Assembly: GCA_902573905.1 (NCBI GenBank)
Contig: CACGLL010000002.1
Coordinates: 17,636 to 81,635, forward strand
Length of the DNA: 64,000 nucleotides
Origin: an uncultured Pelagibacteraceae bacterium
GTDB taxonomy: Bacteria; Pseudomonadota; Alphaproteobacteria; Pelagibacterales; Pelagibacteraceae
Direction: 5' to 3'
Each line of letters starts with the position of its first letter. The first letter of the stretch is position 1. Positions 10,337 to 21,435 of this stretch are shown here, piece after piece. The notes beneath the pieces were generated by a model, which saw only the letters and a list, made by a program, of their open reading frames with translations, had not been told where the DNA came from and searched no databases. Both the position numbers and the translations under genes were made by a program.

Positions 10337-10745
10337 CTTTTTTATGATCCACTATTTCTCCATCAATAGTCTTGTCTTCGTGTTTAACTTCTGATTGAGA
10401 TTTATTTTTTAAAACAAAACTAAGCATTATTCTTCTAGTCAAAGGAATTAATAATAAGAACCCAATTAAATCTGTAAAAAAACCTGGTATTATCAGAAGG
10501 AGTGCAGCTATAGCTATAGATGCCCCCGACATTATTTCGTAAATAGGCATTTTTTTTTGGTACAAATTAACCATTCCAGATTTTAAAGTTTGAATTCCTT
10601 GTAATTTTGCATAATAGACACCAATTATCGCAGTTAGAAAAATAAGCGCTACAGTATTTAAGGCACCCACTTGCCCTCCTATTTTAATAAATAGAAATAT
10701 TTCAAGCGCAGGAAGAGCTATAAAAAATATAAAAAATGGGTTCAT
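10326..10745 (-). CDS. fxsA: FxsA family membrane protein
   Basis: LEIFLFIKIG, LLIIPGFFTDLIGFLLLIP, TIDGE. Confidence 0.93.
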   Translation of the reverse strand: MNPFFIFFIALPALEIFLFIKIGGQVGALNTVALIFLTAIIGVYYAKLQGIQTLKSGMVNLYQKKMPIYEIMSGASIAIAALLLIIPGFFTDLIGFLLLIPLTRRIMLSFVLKNKSQSEVKHEDKTIDGEIVDHKKDEL

Positions 10746-10789
10746 TTGTCTGATACAAAAATATATGATTAATGTATATTTATCAAATT

Positions 10790-11392
10790 ATGAGTAATAG
10801 TTTTGGTTATATTGATATAATTTTGTTAGGAATGATCGCAGGATTTATAATCTTGCGACTCAGAAGTATTTTGGGGAGAAAAACTGGACATGAGTCAAAA
10901 GTTTATCCAAGTTTTGCAGAGGAAAAATTCAATATATCAAAAAAAGAAATAAAACCAGTTAAACAAAACCTCGAAACTTTAGAAGGTAAAGACAAAAAAG
11001 AATTTTTGAAAGGAGCAGAGATTGCTTATGAAACTATTCTTACAGCTTTTGCAAGTGGAGATACTAAAAAATTTAAAGGTCTTTTAACAGCAACAATGAG
11101 CAATAATTTTAAAAGTGCTATTGATGCAAGAGATAAAGAAAACATAAAATCTGAATTCACATTTATTGGAGTAAAAGAATCTTCGGTAGAAAAATATGAA
11201 AAAGTTAAGGATGATCTATTTGCAACAGTAAAATTTGTAGCTGAAGTTATTTCTGTCAAAAAAGATAAAAATGATAAGATTATCGAAGGTAGTGCAGATA
11301 AAATTAAATTTGTTTCAGATGTTTGGAAATTTACTAAAAACATTAAAAATTCAAGTCCGAATTGGTATCTAGCTGAAATCGTTAGTCAGTGA
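10790..11392 (+). CDS. Tim44/TimA family inner-membrane protein
   Basis: N-terminal TM then RLRSILGRKTGHE, FLKGAEIAYETILTAFASGD, DVWKFTK...PNWYL. Confidence 0.9.
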   Translation: MSNSFGYIDIILLGMIAGFIILRLRSILGRKTGHESKVYPSFAEEKFNISKKEIKPVKQNLETLEGKDKKEFLKGAEIAYETILTAFASGDTKKFKGLLTATMSNNFKSAIDARDKENIKSEFTFIGVKESSVEKYEKVKDDLFATVKFVAEVISVKKDKNDKIIEGSADKIKFVSDVWKFTKNIKNSSPNWYLAEIVSQ

Positions 11393-11805
11393 TTAAGAAA
11401 AAATATCTTTCAAAAGAAGATAGCGAAGTATGGCAATCCTATATTAAAAATCCAACTGACGTTTACGATAAAGATTTAGGAAACAAATCCATTAATAGAA
11501 AAGAAAGATTTAAATTTGATCTTCATGGTTACACGTTGGATGAAGCAAATAAAAAAGTAAAAGAAATTATAATTTCTTGCTCTAAGAATAAATATAAAGA
11601 GATTTTATTAATAACAGGTAAGGGTTTACATTCAAAGTCTAGTTGGAACACTTATATTTCAAGTGATCTTAGCAAACTAAGGTATTCAGTACCTGAATTT
11701 ATAAGTTCTGATGTCGAATTAAATAATTATATTATTTCAATTGAAGTGGCTGAAAAAAAAGATGGAGGCGATGGAGCTATCCTTATTAAGCTTAAGAATT
11801 TATAA
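11389..11805 (+). CDS. Smr domain protein
   Basis: [25 protein letters not shown]. Confidence 0.92.
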   Translation: MIKKKYLSKEDSEVWQSYIKNPTDVYDKDLGNKSINRKERFKFDLHGYTLDEANKKVKEIIISCSKNKYKEILLITGKGLHSKSSWNTYISSDLSKLRYSVPEFISSDVELNNYIISIEVAEKKDGGDGAILIKLKNL

Positions 11806-13176
11806 TATAAACTTAGAAAGATCTGTATCTTTTACTAAATTACCCAAATTATCTTGTACGTATTTTTGATTAACGGTTATAGTTTCACCTGTTTTATCAG
11901 TTGCGTTAAAGCTTATGTCATCTAGAACTTTTTCAATAATAGTATGAAGTCTTCTTGCTCCAATATTTTCAACTGAAGAATTTACTTCAGCCGATATTTT
12001 AGCAAGCATATCAATACCGTCATCCGTAAATTCTAAATTTACGTTTTCTGTTTTGAGAAGCTCTTTATATTGTTTAATTAAACTATTATCTGGCTCTTTA
12101 AGAATTCTTTTGAAATCTTCTTCCTTTAAAGCATCTAACTCAACTCTTATAGGTAACCTTCCTTGTAATTCAGGCAATAAATCAGATGGTTTTGCTAATT
12201 GAAATGCTCCTGAGGCAATGAATAAAATATGATCTGTTTTAATTGGACCGTGCTTAGTGCTTACAGTTGTTCCTTCTATAAGAGGTAGCAAGTCTCTTTG
12301 CACTCCCTCTCTTGAAACGTCACCGCCAACTCTATCACTTCTTGCAGAAACTTTATCTATCTCATCTAAGAAAACTATCCCATTTTCTTCAGTGGCTTTT
12401 TTTGCTTCAATAATAATCTTATCTTCTTCGATCATTTTGTCTGATTCTTGCGCAACAAGAATGTCGTGTGACTCCTTAACAGTCGTCTTCTTCTTCTTAC
12501 CTTTTTTACCACCCATAGATTTTCCAAGAATGTCTCCAAGATTCACCATTCCAACATTCCCGCCCGGCATCCCAGGTATCTCAAAACTTTGAAGTGGAGA
12601 AGAAGTATTTTGTACTTCTATTTCTATTTCATTGTCATCTAGATCACCATTTCTCAATCTTTTCCTAAAACTCTCTCTTGTAGCAACACTTGCTTTATTG
12701 CCTACAAGTGCGTCTAATACTTTCTCCTCAGCTTTTAACTCTGCTTTTGCTTTGACTTCTCTTCTCTTCTTTTCTCTCTCCATAGCAATAGCTATTTCAA
12801 TTAAATCTCTAATGATTTGTTCTACATCTCTTCCAACGTAACCTACCTCTGTAAATCTTGTTGCTTCAACTTTTATAAATGGAGCCTCCGCTAATTTCGA
12901 GAGTCTTCTCGAAATCTCTGTTTTACCAACACCCGTTGGTCCAATCATTAAAATATTTTTCGGAAGAACTTCATCTCTCATCTCATCTGATAAAGCTTGC
13001 CTTCTCCATCTATTTCTCAATGCAACAGCAACTGCTTTCTTCGCATCTTTTTGACCTATAACATATCTATCTAATTCAGAAACAATTTCTCTAGGTGATA
13101 AAGCGCTCACTCTAGATGTTTCTTTATTTTTATTTTTTACTACTTTTAGATTTGTAACTTTATTAGTTGGCGCCAT
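11800..13176 (-). CDS. hslU: ATP-dependent protease ATPase subunit HslU
   Basis: [46 protein letters not shown]. Confidence 0.99.
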   Translation of the reverse strand: MAPTNKVTNLKVVKNKNKETSRVSALSPREIVSELDRYVIGQKDAKKAVAVALRNRWRRQALSDEMRDEVLPKNILMIGPTGVGKTEISRRLSKLAEAPFIKVEATRFTEVGYVGRDVEQIIRDLIEIAIAMEREKKRREVKAKAELKAEEKVLDALVGNKASVATRESFRKRLRNGDLDDNEIEIEVQNTSSPLQSFEIPGMPGGNVGMVNLGDILGKSMGGKKGKKKKTTVKESHDILVAQESDKMIEEDKIIIEAKKATEENGIVFLDEIDKVSARSDRVGGDVSREGVQRDLLPLIEGTTVSTKHGPIKTDHILFIASGAFQLAKPSDLLPELQGRLPIRVELDALKEEDFKRILKEPDNSLIKQYKELLKTENVNLEFTDDGIDMLAKISAEVNSSVENIGARRLHTIIEKVLDDISFNATDKTGETITVNQKYVQDNLGNLVKDTDLSKFIL

Positions 13177-13177
13177 G

Positions 13178-13717
13178 TTAAACTTTTTCTACTGTAACGT
13201 TGTTATTTGTAAATACACATATGTCAGATGCAACTTTAATAGACTTTCTAGCTATATCTTCCGCACTCATATCAGTTTCGGCTAATACCTTTGCAGCAGC
13301 TAAAGCATAGTTACCGCCTGATCCAATTCCAATTATACCATCCTCTGGTTCTAAAACGTCACCTGTGCCAGAAATTATAAAACTATGTTTCTTATCTGCT
13401 ACAGCCATTAAAGCTTCTAATCTTCTTAAAAATTTATCACTTCTCCAATCTTTTGCTAATTCAACAGCAGCTCTTTGTAAGTTGCCTGCATGTTTTTCAA
13501 GTTTAGCTTCTAATCTTTCAAATAAAGTTAATGCATCAGCAGTTGAACCTGCAAACCCAGCGATCACACCTCTACTTTCAATTTTTCTTACTTTTTTTGC
13601 TTTGCTTTTTAAAACTGTATTGCCAAGACTAACTTGACCGTCTCCTGCAACTACTGTTTCACCTTTTTTCCTAAGCAAAACAATTGTAGTACCGTGCCAT
13701 TTTTCAGCTGTATTCAT
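13178..13717 (-). CDS. hslV: ATP-dependent protease peptidase subunit HslV
   Basis: HG-TTIV propeptide/catalytic Thr, [28 protein letters not shown]; ATG 13717 preferred. Confidence 0.98.
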   Translation of the reverse strand: MNTAEKWHGTTIVLLRKKGETVVAGDGQVSLGNTVLKSKAKKVRKIESRGVIAGFAGSTADALTLFERLEAKLEKHAGNLQRAAVELAKDWRSDKFLRRLEALMAVADKKHSFIISGTGDVLEPEDGIIGIGSGGNYALAAAKVLAETDMSAEDIARKSIKVASDICVFTNNNVTVEKV

Positions 13718-13723
13718 GTCATT

Positions 13724-13753
13724 ATATGTGGAGATTAATTTAAGATCTTCAAT
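13724..13753 (-). promoter_or_regulatory. Putative RpoH (sigma32) promoter of hslVU
   Basis: ATTGAA-N16-CCACATAT ending 6 nt before the ATG. Confidence 0.4.
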
Positions 13754-13817
13754 AGGCAATCTGTTTTATTGATAAAATGTATGAATATATATATATCAAA
13801 TATTAATCTGCGTTATT

Positions 13818-14408
13818 ATGGCTAGAAAAGCAAAAATAATTAGAAAAACAAAAGAAACTAGCATTTCAGTTTCCGTCAATTTAGACGGAAAAGGTAAATA
13901 TAAAATTAAAACTGGAATTGGTTTTCTTGACCACATGCTAGAACAGCTTTCTAAGCATTCATTAATAGATTTAGAAGTGAGTGCCAAAGGTGACACACAC
14001 ATCGATTTACACCACACTACTGAAGATACAGGAATAGCAATTGGAGAAGCTATTAAAAAAGCTGCAGGTAATCGAAAAGGAATTACAAGGTATGCATCAA
14101 CTATAATTCCAATGGATGAAACGCTCAGCCGAGTTTCTATTGACGTATCAAATAGACCTTATTTAATTTGGAAAGTTAATTTACCGGTTGAGAAACTTGG
14201 TGAGATGGACACAGAATTATTTAAAGAGTGGTTCCAAGCATTTTCCCAATCTGCCGGTGTCACTTTACACGTAGAAAATATTTACGGTGAAAATAGTCAC
14301 CATAAAATCGAGTCTTGTTACAAAGGTTTAGCTAGATCATTAAAAGATGCGTTAGTGATAGATAAAAGAATTAAAAACTCAATACCTTCTACAAAAGGCT
14401 CTATTTAA
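13818..14408 (+). CDS. hisB: Imidazoleglycerol-phosphate dehydratase
   Basis: [37 protein letters not shown]. Confidence 0.98.
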   Translation: MARKAKIIRKTKETSISVSVNLDGKGKYKIKTGIGFLDHMLEQLSKHSLIDLEVSAKGDTHIDLHHTTEDTGIAIGEAIKKAAGNRKGITRYASTIIPMDETLSRVSIDVSNRPYLIWKVNLPVEKLGEMDTELFKEWFQAFSQSAGVTLHVENIYGENSHHKIESCYKGLARSLKDALVIDKRIKNSIPSTKGSI

Positions 14409-14413
14409 TTTTG

Positions 14414-15040
14414 ATGAACGTCACAATTGTTGACTACCAATCGGGCAATATAAGCTCTGTTATCAACTCTTTTACAGAGGTCGCTAAAAGTAAAGTTAAA
14501 TTAGAAGTAACTTCTGATGTTAATAAAATAAAATCTAGTGATAAGATTGTTTTGCCTGGCCAAGGATCATTTAAAAGCTGCGTTGACTCTTTAAACAGTA
14601 TTAATGGATTAGTAGATTCGCTGAAAGATTTTGCAATTACAAATAAGAAACCATTATTAGGAATATGTGTGGGTTTACAAATGTTTGCTGATATTGGCTA
14701 TGAAGAAGCAGAGACAAAAGGTTTAGGATGGATTGCTGGTAAAGTTTCTAAAATTGATAATCAAAACGGAAAATTTAAACTTCCACATATTGGTTGGAAT
14801 GAAATTGATATTAAAAAAAAGAGCAAAATTTTTAAAGATATAGAAAATAAATCTCACATGTATTTTGTGCATAGCTACGAATTTATTCCTCAAAATAAGT
14901 CGGTAATCTTAGCAACAACAGATTATTCATCTAAAATTGTTTGTGCGGTTGAGAAGGACAACTTGTTTGGGACACAATTTCACCCTGAGAAGAGTGATAA
15001 AATTGGATTAAAAATAATTGACAATTTTTTGAAATTATAA
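14414..15040 (+). CDS. hisH: IGP synthase glutaminase subunit
   Basis: LPGQGSF, GICVGLQ, PHIGWN, YFVHSY, QFHPEKS. Confidence 0.98.
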   Translation: MNVTIVDYQSGNISSVINSFTEVAKSKVKLEVTSDVNKIKSSDKIVLPGQGSFKSCVDSLNSINGLVDSLKDFAITNKKPLLGICVGLQMFADIGYEEAETKGLGWIAGKVSKIDNQNGKFKLPHIGWNEIDIKKKSKIFKDIENKSHMYFVHSYEFIPQNKSVILATTDYSSKIVCAVEKDNLFGTQFHPEKSDKIGLKIIDNFLKL

Positions 15041-15765
15041 TGAAAATATTTCCAGCTATAGACATAAAAGATAAAAAATGTGTGAGATTAATCAAAGGAG
15101 ATTTTGAAAATGAAACCGAATATGAAACTTCACCAATTGAGCAAGCTGGTAAGTATAAAGATCATGGTTTTAAAAATTTACACATTGTTGATTTAGACGG
15201 AGCTTTAACTGGAAAGACAGTTAACCTAGATATTATTAAGCAAATAGTCAGTAAATACGATTTTAAAATTGAAATAGGTGGTGGTTTGAGATCACTAGAT
15301 AGTATTAAACAATATATTGAATCAGGTGTTGAGAAAGTAATTTTAGGAAGTGGCGCTATTAAAAATAAAGAATTTTTAAAAGAAGCTTGTCAAAAATTTA
15401 AAGATCAAATTGCGTTAGGATTAGATGAAAGAGATGGAAAACTTTCTGTATCAGGTTGGAAAGAAAATCTTAATATTAAAACCACAGACTTTCTCAAAGA
15501 AGTGAAATGTTATGGTGTGAGCCGAATAATTTATACAGATATTAATAGGGACGGAATGAAAACAAGTCCTAATTTTGAAGAGACTATAAAAATTGCACAA
15601 CTTGCTAATTGCCCTGTTGTGATTTCTGGAGGCGTCTCTTCAATAAATGATATTAAGAAAGCTAAAGAATTAAATAATAATAAAATTGAAGGTATCATTG
15701 TTGGAAAAGCTATTTACGATGGTGATATTAAACTTGAAGAATTAGCGAAGGAGATCAGTGCTTAA
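15040..15765 (+). CDS. hisA: ProFAR isomerase
   Basis: FPAIDI...[31 protein letters not shown]. Confidence 0.98.
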   Translation: MKIFPAIDIKDKKCVRLIKGDFENETEYETSPIEQAGKYKDHGFKNLHIVDLDGALTGKTVNLDIIKQIVSKYDFKIEIGGGLRSLDSIKQYIESGVEKVILGSGAIKNKEFLKEACQKFKDQIALGLDERDGKLSVSGWKENLNIKTTDFLKEVKCYGVSRIIYTDINRDGMKTSPNFEETIKIAQLANCPVVISGGVSSINDIKKAKELNNNKIEGIIVGKAIYDGDIKLEELAKEISA

Positions 15766-16516
15766 AAATAGAATTATACCTTGTCTAGATGTAAAGAATG
15801 GAAGAGTAGTTAAAGGTATTAACTTTGTTGAGTTAAAAGATGCCGGTGATCCAGTTGAGCAAGCTAAGATTTATAGCGATAGTGGAGCAGATGAAATTTG
15901 TTTTTTAGATATCACAGCTTCTAACGAGAATAGAGAGACGATCATTGATATTGTAAGAAAAACTGCCAAAGAATGTTTTGTTCCTTTAACGGTTGGAGGT
16001 GGTGTTAGAACTATTCAAAATATAACTGATTTATTATTAGCAGGAGCAGATAAAGTTTCTATAAACACAGCAGCAGTTAAAAATGTTAATTTTGTTAAAG
16101 AGGCGTCTAAAAAATTTGGCTCCCAATGTATTGTAGTAGCCATCGATGCTAAAAGAGTTTCCGAACAAAAATGGGATGTTTTTACCCACGGTGGAAGAAA
16201 TAAAACAGGTATTGATGCTGTTGAATTTGCAAAGCAGGTAGAAACAAACGGTGCTGGGGAAATTTTATTAACCTCAATGGATAGAGACGGAACTAAGTCT
16301 GGCTATGATGTCGAACTATTAAAAGTAATTACAGATAGTACTAATATTCCTGTTATCGCTTCTGGCGGAGCAGGAACTTTAGATCATCTTTATGATGGCA
16401 TAGTCAAAGGTGGTGCGAGCGCTGTTCTAGCTGCTTCTATTTTCCATTACGGTGAATTTAAAATTAAAGAGGCTAAAGAATATTTGAATTCCAAAAATGT
16501 ATCGGTAAGATTATAA
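15758..16516 (+). CDS. hisF: IGP synthase cyclase subunit
   Basis: [37 protein letters not shown]. Confidence 0.99.
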   Translation: MLKNRIIPCLDVKNGRVVKGINFVELKDAGDPVEQAKIYSDSGADEICFLDITASNENRETIIDIVRKTAKECFVPLTVGGGVRTIQNITDLLLAGADKVSINTAAVKNVNFVKEASKKFGSQCIVVAIDAKRVSEQKWDVFTHGGRNKTGIDAVEFAKQVETNGAGEILLTSMDRDGTKSGYDVELLKVITDSTNIPVIASGGAGTLDHLYDGIVKGGASAVLAASIFHYGEFKIKEAKEYLNSKNVSVRL

Positions 16517-16517
16517 A

Positions 16518-16790
16518 ATGTTTGAAAATCTAGAGCAGTTAATGAAAACTATTAGAGAGAGGAAAAATTCTTCTCCTGATAAATCCTATACAAATAGACT
16601 TCTTAACGATAAAAACCTTAGTGTTGCAAAAGTAAAAGAGGAAATAGGAGAATTAGTTGAGGCTGTAGAACAAGACTCTAATAAAATTCACGAAGCTGCG
16701 GATGTTCTTTATCATTTAATGGTTTACCTAGAAGCTAATAATATTAAGATCGAGGACGTAATGAGTGAACTTAAGAAAAGACAAAAATGA
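16518..16790 (+). CDS. hisE: Phosphoribosyl-ATP pyrophosphatase
   Basis: SYTNRL, KVKEEIGE, HEAADVLYHL. Confidence 0.95.
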   Translation: MFENLEQLMKTIRERKNSSPDKSYTNRLLNDKNLSVAKVKEEIGELVEAVEQDSNKIHEAADVLYHLMVYLEANNIKIEDVMSELKKRQK

Positions 16791-17143
16791 GTTACGACAA
16801 AAACAACATATTTGCAAAAATTCTTAGAGGAGAAATTCCTTGTAAGAAAGTTTACGAAAATGATTACGTTTTATCTTTTCATGATATAAATCCTCAAAAA
16901 AAAGTTCATGTTTTAGTAATACCTAAAGGTGAATATAAAGATTTAGATGATTTTACTGCTAATGCTTCTGATAAAGAAATCGTTGAGTTTAATAAAGCTA
17001 TTACTCATGTTTCAAATTTAGTTGGCGCTAAAGAGTCAGGTTATAGAGCATTAACAAATTTAGGAATTGATGGTGGTCAGGAAGTTCCTCATCTACATTT
17101 TCATATTTTTGCTGGTGAAAAAATTGGAAAAATGGTGAACTGA
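16787..17143 (+). CDS. hinT: HIT family nucleotide-binding protein
   Basis: NIFAKILRGEIP, HVLVIPK, QEVPHLHFHI histidine triad. Confidence 0.93.
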   Translation: MSYDKNNIFAKILRGEIPCKKVYENDYVLSFHDINPQKKVHVLVIPKGEYKDLDDFTANASDKEIVEFNKAITHVSNLVGAKESGYRALTNLGIDGGQEVPHLHFHIFAGEKIGKMVN

Positions 17144-17649
17144 TGATTTCTAGAGTTAAAAGATATTTTTTAGAGATAAAAGATTTTTCAAAAACTATAG
17201 ATCTAAATCTCCCTGAAAATTATAAAATTATTTTAGATGATAAAGAAAATTTTCATTTAAATAAATTTTTTTACAAGCAAATAGGCTTGGATCATTTTTG
17301 GAGAGATAGGTTGCTATGGTCAGACAGCGAATGGGTAAAATATGTAACTAATAAAAATCTAGAAACTCATGTTCTAAAAAAAGGAGAAGATCTTGTTGGT
17401 TATTATGAGCAAGAATATCATCCAAGTTCTAATGAAGTAGAATTAATTAATTTAGGAGTATTAAAAGAATTTAGAGGATTAAAACTAGGATCAACTCTTG
17501 TCAATCACGCAATTGCAAGTGCATCTAGAAAGAATCCAGTTAGAATGTGGGTCCATACATGTAGCTTAGATCACAAACACGCGCTGCAAAATTATAAGTC
17601 AAAGGGTTTTGAAATTTTTAAAGAAGAAGAAATAGATTTTGTTGCTTAA
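17143..17649 (+). CDS. GNAT family N-acetyltransferase
   Basis: EFRGLKLG acetyl-CoA motif, WVHTCSLDHKHALQNYKSKGF. Confidence 0.9.
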   Translation: MISRVKRYFLEIKDFSKTIDLNLPENYKIILDDKENFHLNKFFYKQIGLDHFWRDRLLWSDSEWVKYVTNKNLETHVLKKGEDLVGYYEQEYHPSSNEVELINLGVLKEFRGLKLGSTLVNHAIASASRKNPVRMWVHTCSLDHKHALQNYKSKGFEIFKEEEIDFVA

Positions 17650-18194
17650 TTCATTTCAGGAATTTTAAAAGTTCCTTTTTTAAACACTTCATTTTTAGCG
17701 ACAATTTTCAAAGAGAAATTTATATTATTGTTGTACTGGTCTACGATTTGCCAACCTTTTAAATCTAATGTTTTTTTGTCGAAGAAAACTGTTATCTCAT
17801 TTTCACCTAAATAAACCAACTTTATAATTCGATCAGATAAATCTAATTTCCCAGATTTTACAATTTCTAAAAGTTTATTTTTATATAAAATATTTAGAAA
17901 TGGGGATTGTGAAATAGGATAATAGTATGTTTTGTTATATCTCTTTTGTGTAATCGCTAATCTTTTTTTATTTATTATTAATTCTTTTTTTTTGTCATCA
18001 AAATAATCACATTTTAATTTTCCAGGAAATTCTAAAAGACAACTTCCTTTTTCAGTTTTGTTATTAATTATCTGATCAAAAGTAAATTCTAAAGAATTTA
18101 AATTATTTAATTGTGTAATTATCTGATCTTTCTCACCGGCTGAAAGATTTGTTGATAAATAAATAAAGAATATAGATATTTTAAAGTACTTCAC
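17646..18194 (-). CDS. lolA: Outer-membrane lipoprotein carrier LolA
   Basis: Signal peptide, FTFDQ...G...PGKLKCDY, SPFLNIL, LKGWQIVD; follows ftsK; start uncertain (GTG 18194 or TTG 18206). Confidence 0.85.
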   Translation of the reverse strand: MKYFKISIFFIYLSTNLSAGEKDQIITQLNNLNSLEFTFDQIINNKTEKGSCLLEFPGKLKCDYFDDKKKELIINKKRLAITQKRYNKTYYYPISQSPFLNILYKNKLLEIVKSGKLDLSDRIIKLVYLGENEITVFFDKKTLDLKGWQIVDQYNNNINFSLKIVAKNEVFKKGTFKIPEMN

Positions 18195-20277
18195 GTTTAC
18201 CAACATGATTTGCTTTACTTACAATACCTTTTTCTTCCATCATATCAATAATTCTTGCAGCTCTATTGTAGCCAATTTGAAGTTTTCTTTGTAAGAAACT
18301 TGTAGAGGCCTTGCCTTCTGATTTTATAATATCAACTGCTTGAGTATATAATTCATCTTCATCACTATCATTCTCTAGATTAGATGGACTTTCAGCAGTT
18401 TCTAAAGCTGTAATTTCGTCCATATAATCTGGCTTGCCTTGAGCTCTGATAGAGTTAGCAACTTTCTCTATCTCATTCTCTGATACAAATGGACCATGAA
18501 TTCTGACAATCCTGTTTGCTGATGACATGAAAAGCATATCTCCTTTTCCTAAAAGTTGTTCTGCCCCCTGCTCTCCTAAGATTGTTCTACTGTCTATTTT
18601 AGAGCTTACTTGAAAAGATATTCTTGTTGGAAAGTTTGCTTTAATTGTTCCCGTAATAACATCAACACTTGGTCTTTGGGTTGCCATGATAATATGAATT
18701 CCAGCTGCTCTTGCCATCTGCGATAATTTTTGAATATAATTTTCTATTTCTTTGCCAGCAACAAGCATTAGATCTGACATCTCATCAACGACTACAACAA
18801 TGTAAGGCATTTTTAATTTATGTTTAGCGTTGTAACCATCTATGTTTCTAACCCCTACTTTACTCATTAACTTATACCTGCTGTTCATTTCTTTAACTGT
18901 CCAGGCTAGTGCTGAAGTTGCTTTTTTTGCGTCAGTAATAACCGGAGTTAATAAATGTGGTATTCCTTCGTAAGTAGAGAGCTCTAACATTTTAGGATCG
19001 ATTAAAATAAATTTACAAAGATCAGGATTTAATTTGTAAAGTAAAGAAACTATAATTGTATTGATACAAACTGATTTACCTGAACCTGTAGTTCCAGCAA
19101 TTAATAGATGAGGCATAGTTGTTAGATCACCTACAATAGGCATTCCCGAAATACTTTTTCCAAGTGCGATAGGAAGTTTCACGTCTTTCTTTTGAAATTT
19201 CTCATAAGAAATTATTTCCCTTAGTGAAACACTTTCTCTTGTTTCATTTGGTATTTCTATACCAACTGTATTTTTACCTGGGATGACCGATACCCTTGCT
19301 GATGTTGAACTAGTATTTCTAGCTAAATCCTCTGATAGGTTTATTATTTTTGAAACTTTAACTCCCGGTGCAGGTTCAAACTCATATAAGCTAACCACAG
19401 GTCCGTTATTGATAGCTTTAATTTTTCCATCAATACCAAAATCTAATAATATTTTTTCCATAAATTCACCATCAGGACGATTTTTATTAAGATCTGAAGC
19501 ACTTAATTTTGAATTATTTTTTTCAAGATAATCAATCACAGGTAATTTATATTTTGATCTTGGTTGAGCTGTTTCTTTACTAGGAGTTAATTGTTCGTCA
19601 AAGGCAAAAGATTGTTGTGGTCTTTCGATAATTTCACTTTTTTCTTCCTGGGGAGTATTTTCTAAATTAACGTCAGGTATTACTGTGTCTTTCCTTCTGA
19701 ATAAAGAAGCTATGAAATACCAAAGACCTAAAAAAATTTTTTTAAAGCTAATATCAGATGAAAAAAGAAACAACGCTAAGGTTAATAATAACAAGCCATA
19801 AGTTGTATAAATCTCATCTATCCAAGGAAACCAAGAGCTTAATAAATTATAACCAATTTTTCCTACAAAGCCTGAATTACCGTTATCTATTAACCAAAAA
19901 GAATTATTAAACGTTATATAAATAAATACTGTACCTAAAGTTAAGTAGCAAATTACAAGAAATAATTTTAGAATAATTTTTTTTAGTTCTTTTTTAAAAA
20001 CTAGGTTGATACCCCAAGATAGAAAATTAATTAAAAGTAAAAAAGAAACGAGCCCAAAGCTTTGTAATAAAAAATCAGCTATGCTACTCCCATAAATGCC
20101 AAAGAAGTTTTTAATTTCAAATTCTTTATCGCCGTATACAAACGACGGGTCCTCTGGTGAATACGTAGCAAAAGCAACAGCTAATCCAATACTTACAGAA
20201 ATTAAGACTAAACCAATAAATTCAAAGGTTCGTTTTTTTAAAAAATTTGTTACACTATTAAAAAAGTTTGTATTCAT
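18181..20277 (-). CDS. ftsK: DNA translocase FtsK
   Basis: N-terminal TM domain, PHLLIAGTTGSGKS, IDPKMLEL, TQRPSVDVITG, LQIGYNRAARI gamma domain. Confidence 0.99.
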   Translation of the reverse strand: MNTNFFNSVTNFLKKRTFEFIGLVLISVSIGLAVAFATYSPEDPSFVYGDKEFEIKNFFGIYGSSIADFLLQSFGLVSFLLLINFLSWGINLVFKKELKKIILKLFLVICYLTLGTVFIYITFNNSFWLIDNGNSGFVGKIGYNLLSSWFPWIDEIYTTYGLLLLTLALFLFSSDISFKKIFLGLWYFIASLFRRKDTVIPDVNLENTPQEEKSEIIERPQQSFAFDEQLTPSKETAQPRSKYKLPVIDYLEKNNSKLSASDLNKNRPDGEFMEKILLDFGIDGKIKAINNGPVVSLYEFEPAPGVKVSKIINLSEDLARNTSSTSARVSVIPGKNTVGIEIPNETRESVSLREIISYEKFQKKDVKLPIALGKSISGMPIVGDLTTMPHLLIAGTTGSGKSVCINTIIVSLLYKLNPDLCKFILIDPKMLELSTYEGIPHLLTPVITDAKKATSALAWTVKEMNSRYKLMSKVGVRNIDGYNAKHKLKMPYIVVVVDEMSDLMLVAGKEIENYIQKLSQMARAAGIHIIMATQRPSVDVITGTIKANFPTRISFQVSSKIDSRTILGEQGAEQLLGKGDMLFMSSANRIVRIHGPFVSENEIEKVANSIRAQGKPDYMDEITALETAESPSNLENDSDEDELYTQAVDIIKSEGKASTSFLQRKLQIGYNRAARIIDMMEEKGIVSKANHVGKREVL

Positions 20278-20333
20278 ATCGAATCGTTTTACGTACTTTT
20301 TATCATTTTTATGAAAGTGAGAAAAATTTTAAT

Positions 20334-21431
20334 ATGAAAAAACAGAGAATTTGTATAGTTGGAGACGGCCTTTCAGGTTTAACGACTGCTTTAGCATTAA
20401 ATAAAATAGAGGGATTAGAAGTTCATCTAATTTCTAAAAAAAACAAGCTTTTAAAAGACAGGAGAACTACAGCTATTTCAGCTTCAAATTATGACTTTTT
20501 GAACTCCGTCGTAGATAAGTTCGAGAAAAAATTATTTTGGCCGTCTAATAAGATCAATCTATTCTATGAGACAAAAGATCAAAATATGAATTTCCTAAAT
20601 TTTAATGAAAACAAAAAAAATCTCATGCACATCTTTGAGAATGACAAAGTTAAAGCAAAATTACTTAAAGAAATAAAAAAGAAAAAAATCAAAACTTTTA
20701 AAAAAAATATAAATAACCTTAAAGATCTTAGTGGTTACGATTTGAAAATACTCTGCATAGGTAGGTCATCTAAGATTTATCAAAACATCATAGACAAAAG
20801 ATCATTAGATAAGGATTACAAAGAAGTTGCTATTATTGGGTATGTTAAACACAGCTTAAAAAATCTAAATACTGCTCAATATTTTCTGAAAGACGGACCC
20901 TTAGCTATACTCCCTTTTTCAAAAAATAGTTTTTCTTTTGTATGGAGTGTAAATAAAGAGTTCCCCAAAAAAGATATTAACGCTGTTGTAAAATCTAAAA
21001 TCTGTGAAGTTTTAAAAACAAAGAATATTAGAATATCAAACCAGCAATCATATCCTTTGATGCTCAATTTAAAACGAACATATTATAAAAAAGATATCTT
21101 AATATTAGGAGAAGGCTTACACACAGTTCATCCAGTAGCTGGCCAAGGTTTTAATCTTGTATTGAGAGATATAAATAAATTACAAGAGATTCTTAAATAT
21201 TACATTGGATTAGGCATGTCTCTAAAAAGCTGTCCAGCCCTTGAAGATTTTACAAGTAATAGAAAAGCAGAAAATATTATCACCGGTATTGGAATAGATT
21301 TAACTCACAATTTCTTTAAACAAAATAAACTATTAGACCCTTTTAAAGAAAGTATTTTAAAAAACGTTTCAAAAAATAATACTTTTAAAAAAATAAGTAA
21401 GTTTATTTCTAATCAAGGTTTATCAATTTAG
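20334..21431 (+). CDS. UbiH/UbiF/COQ6-type FAD-dependent hydroxylase
   Basis: IVGDGLSG Rossmann motif, DRRTTAI, GPLAILP, HTVHPVAGQGFNLVLRD; ATG 20334 preferred. Confidence 0.9.
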   Translation: MKKQRICIVGDGLSGLTTALALNKIEGLEVHLISKKNKLLKDRRTTAISASNYDFLNSVVDKFEKKLFWPSNKINLFYETKDQNMNFLNFNENKKNLMHIFENDKVKAKLLKEIKKKKIKTFKKNINNLKDLSGYDLKILCIGRSSKIYQNIIDKRSLDKDYKEVAIIGYVKHSLKNLNTAQYFLKDGPLAILPFSKNSFSFVWSVNKEFPKKDINAVVKSKICEVLKTKNIRISNQQSYPLMLNLKRTYYKKDILILGEGLHTVHPVAGQGFNLVLRDINKLQEILKYYIGLGMSLKSCPALEDFTSNRKAENIITGIGIDLTHNFFKQNKLLDPFKESILKNVSKNNTFKKISKFISNQGLSI

Positions 21432-21435
21432 TCTA

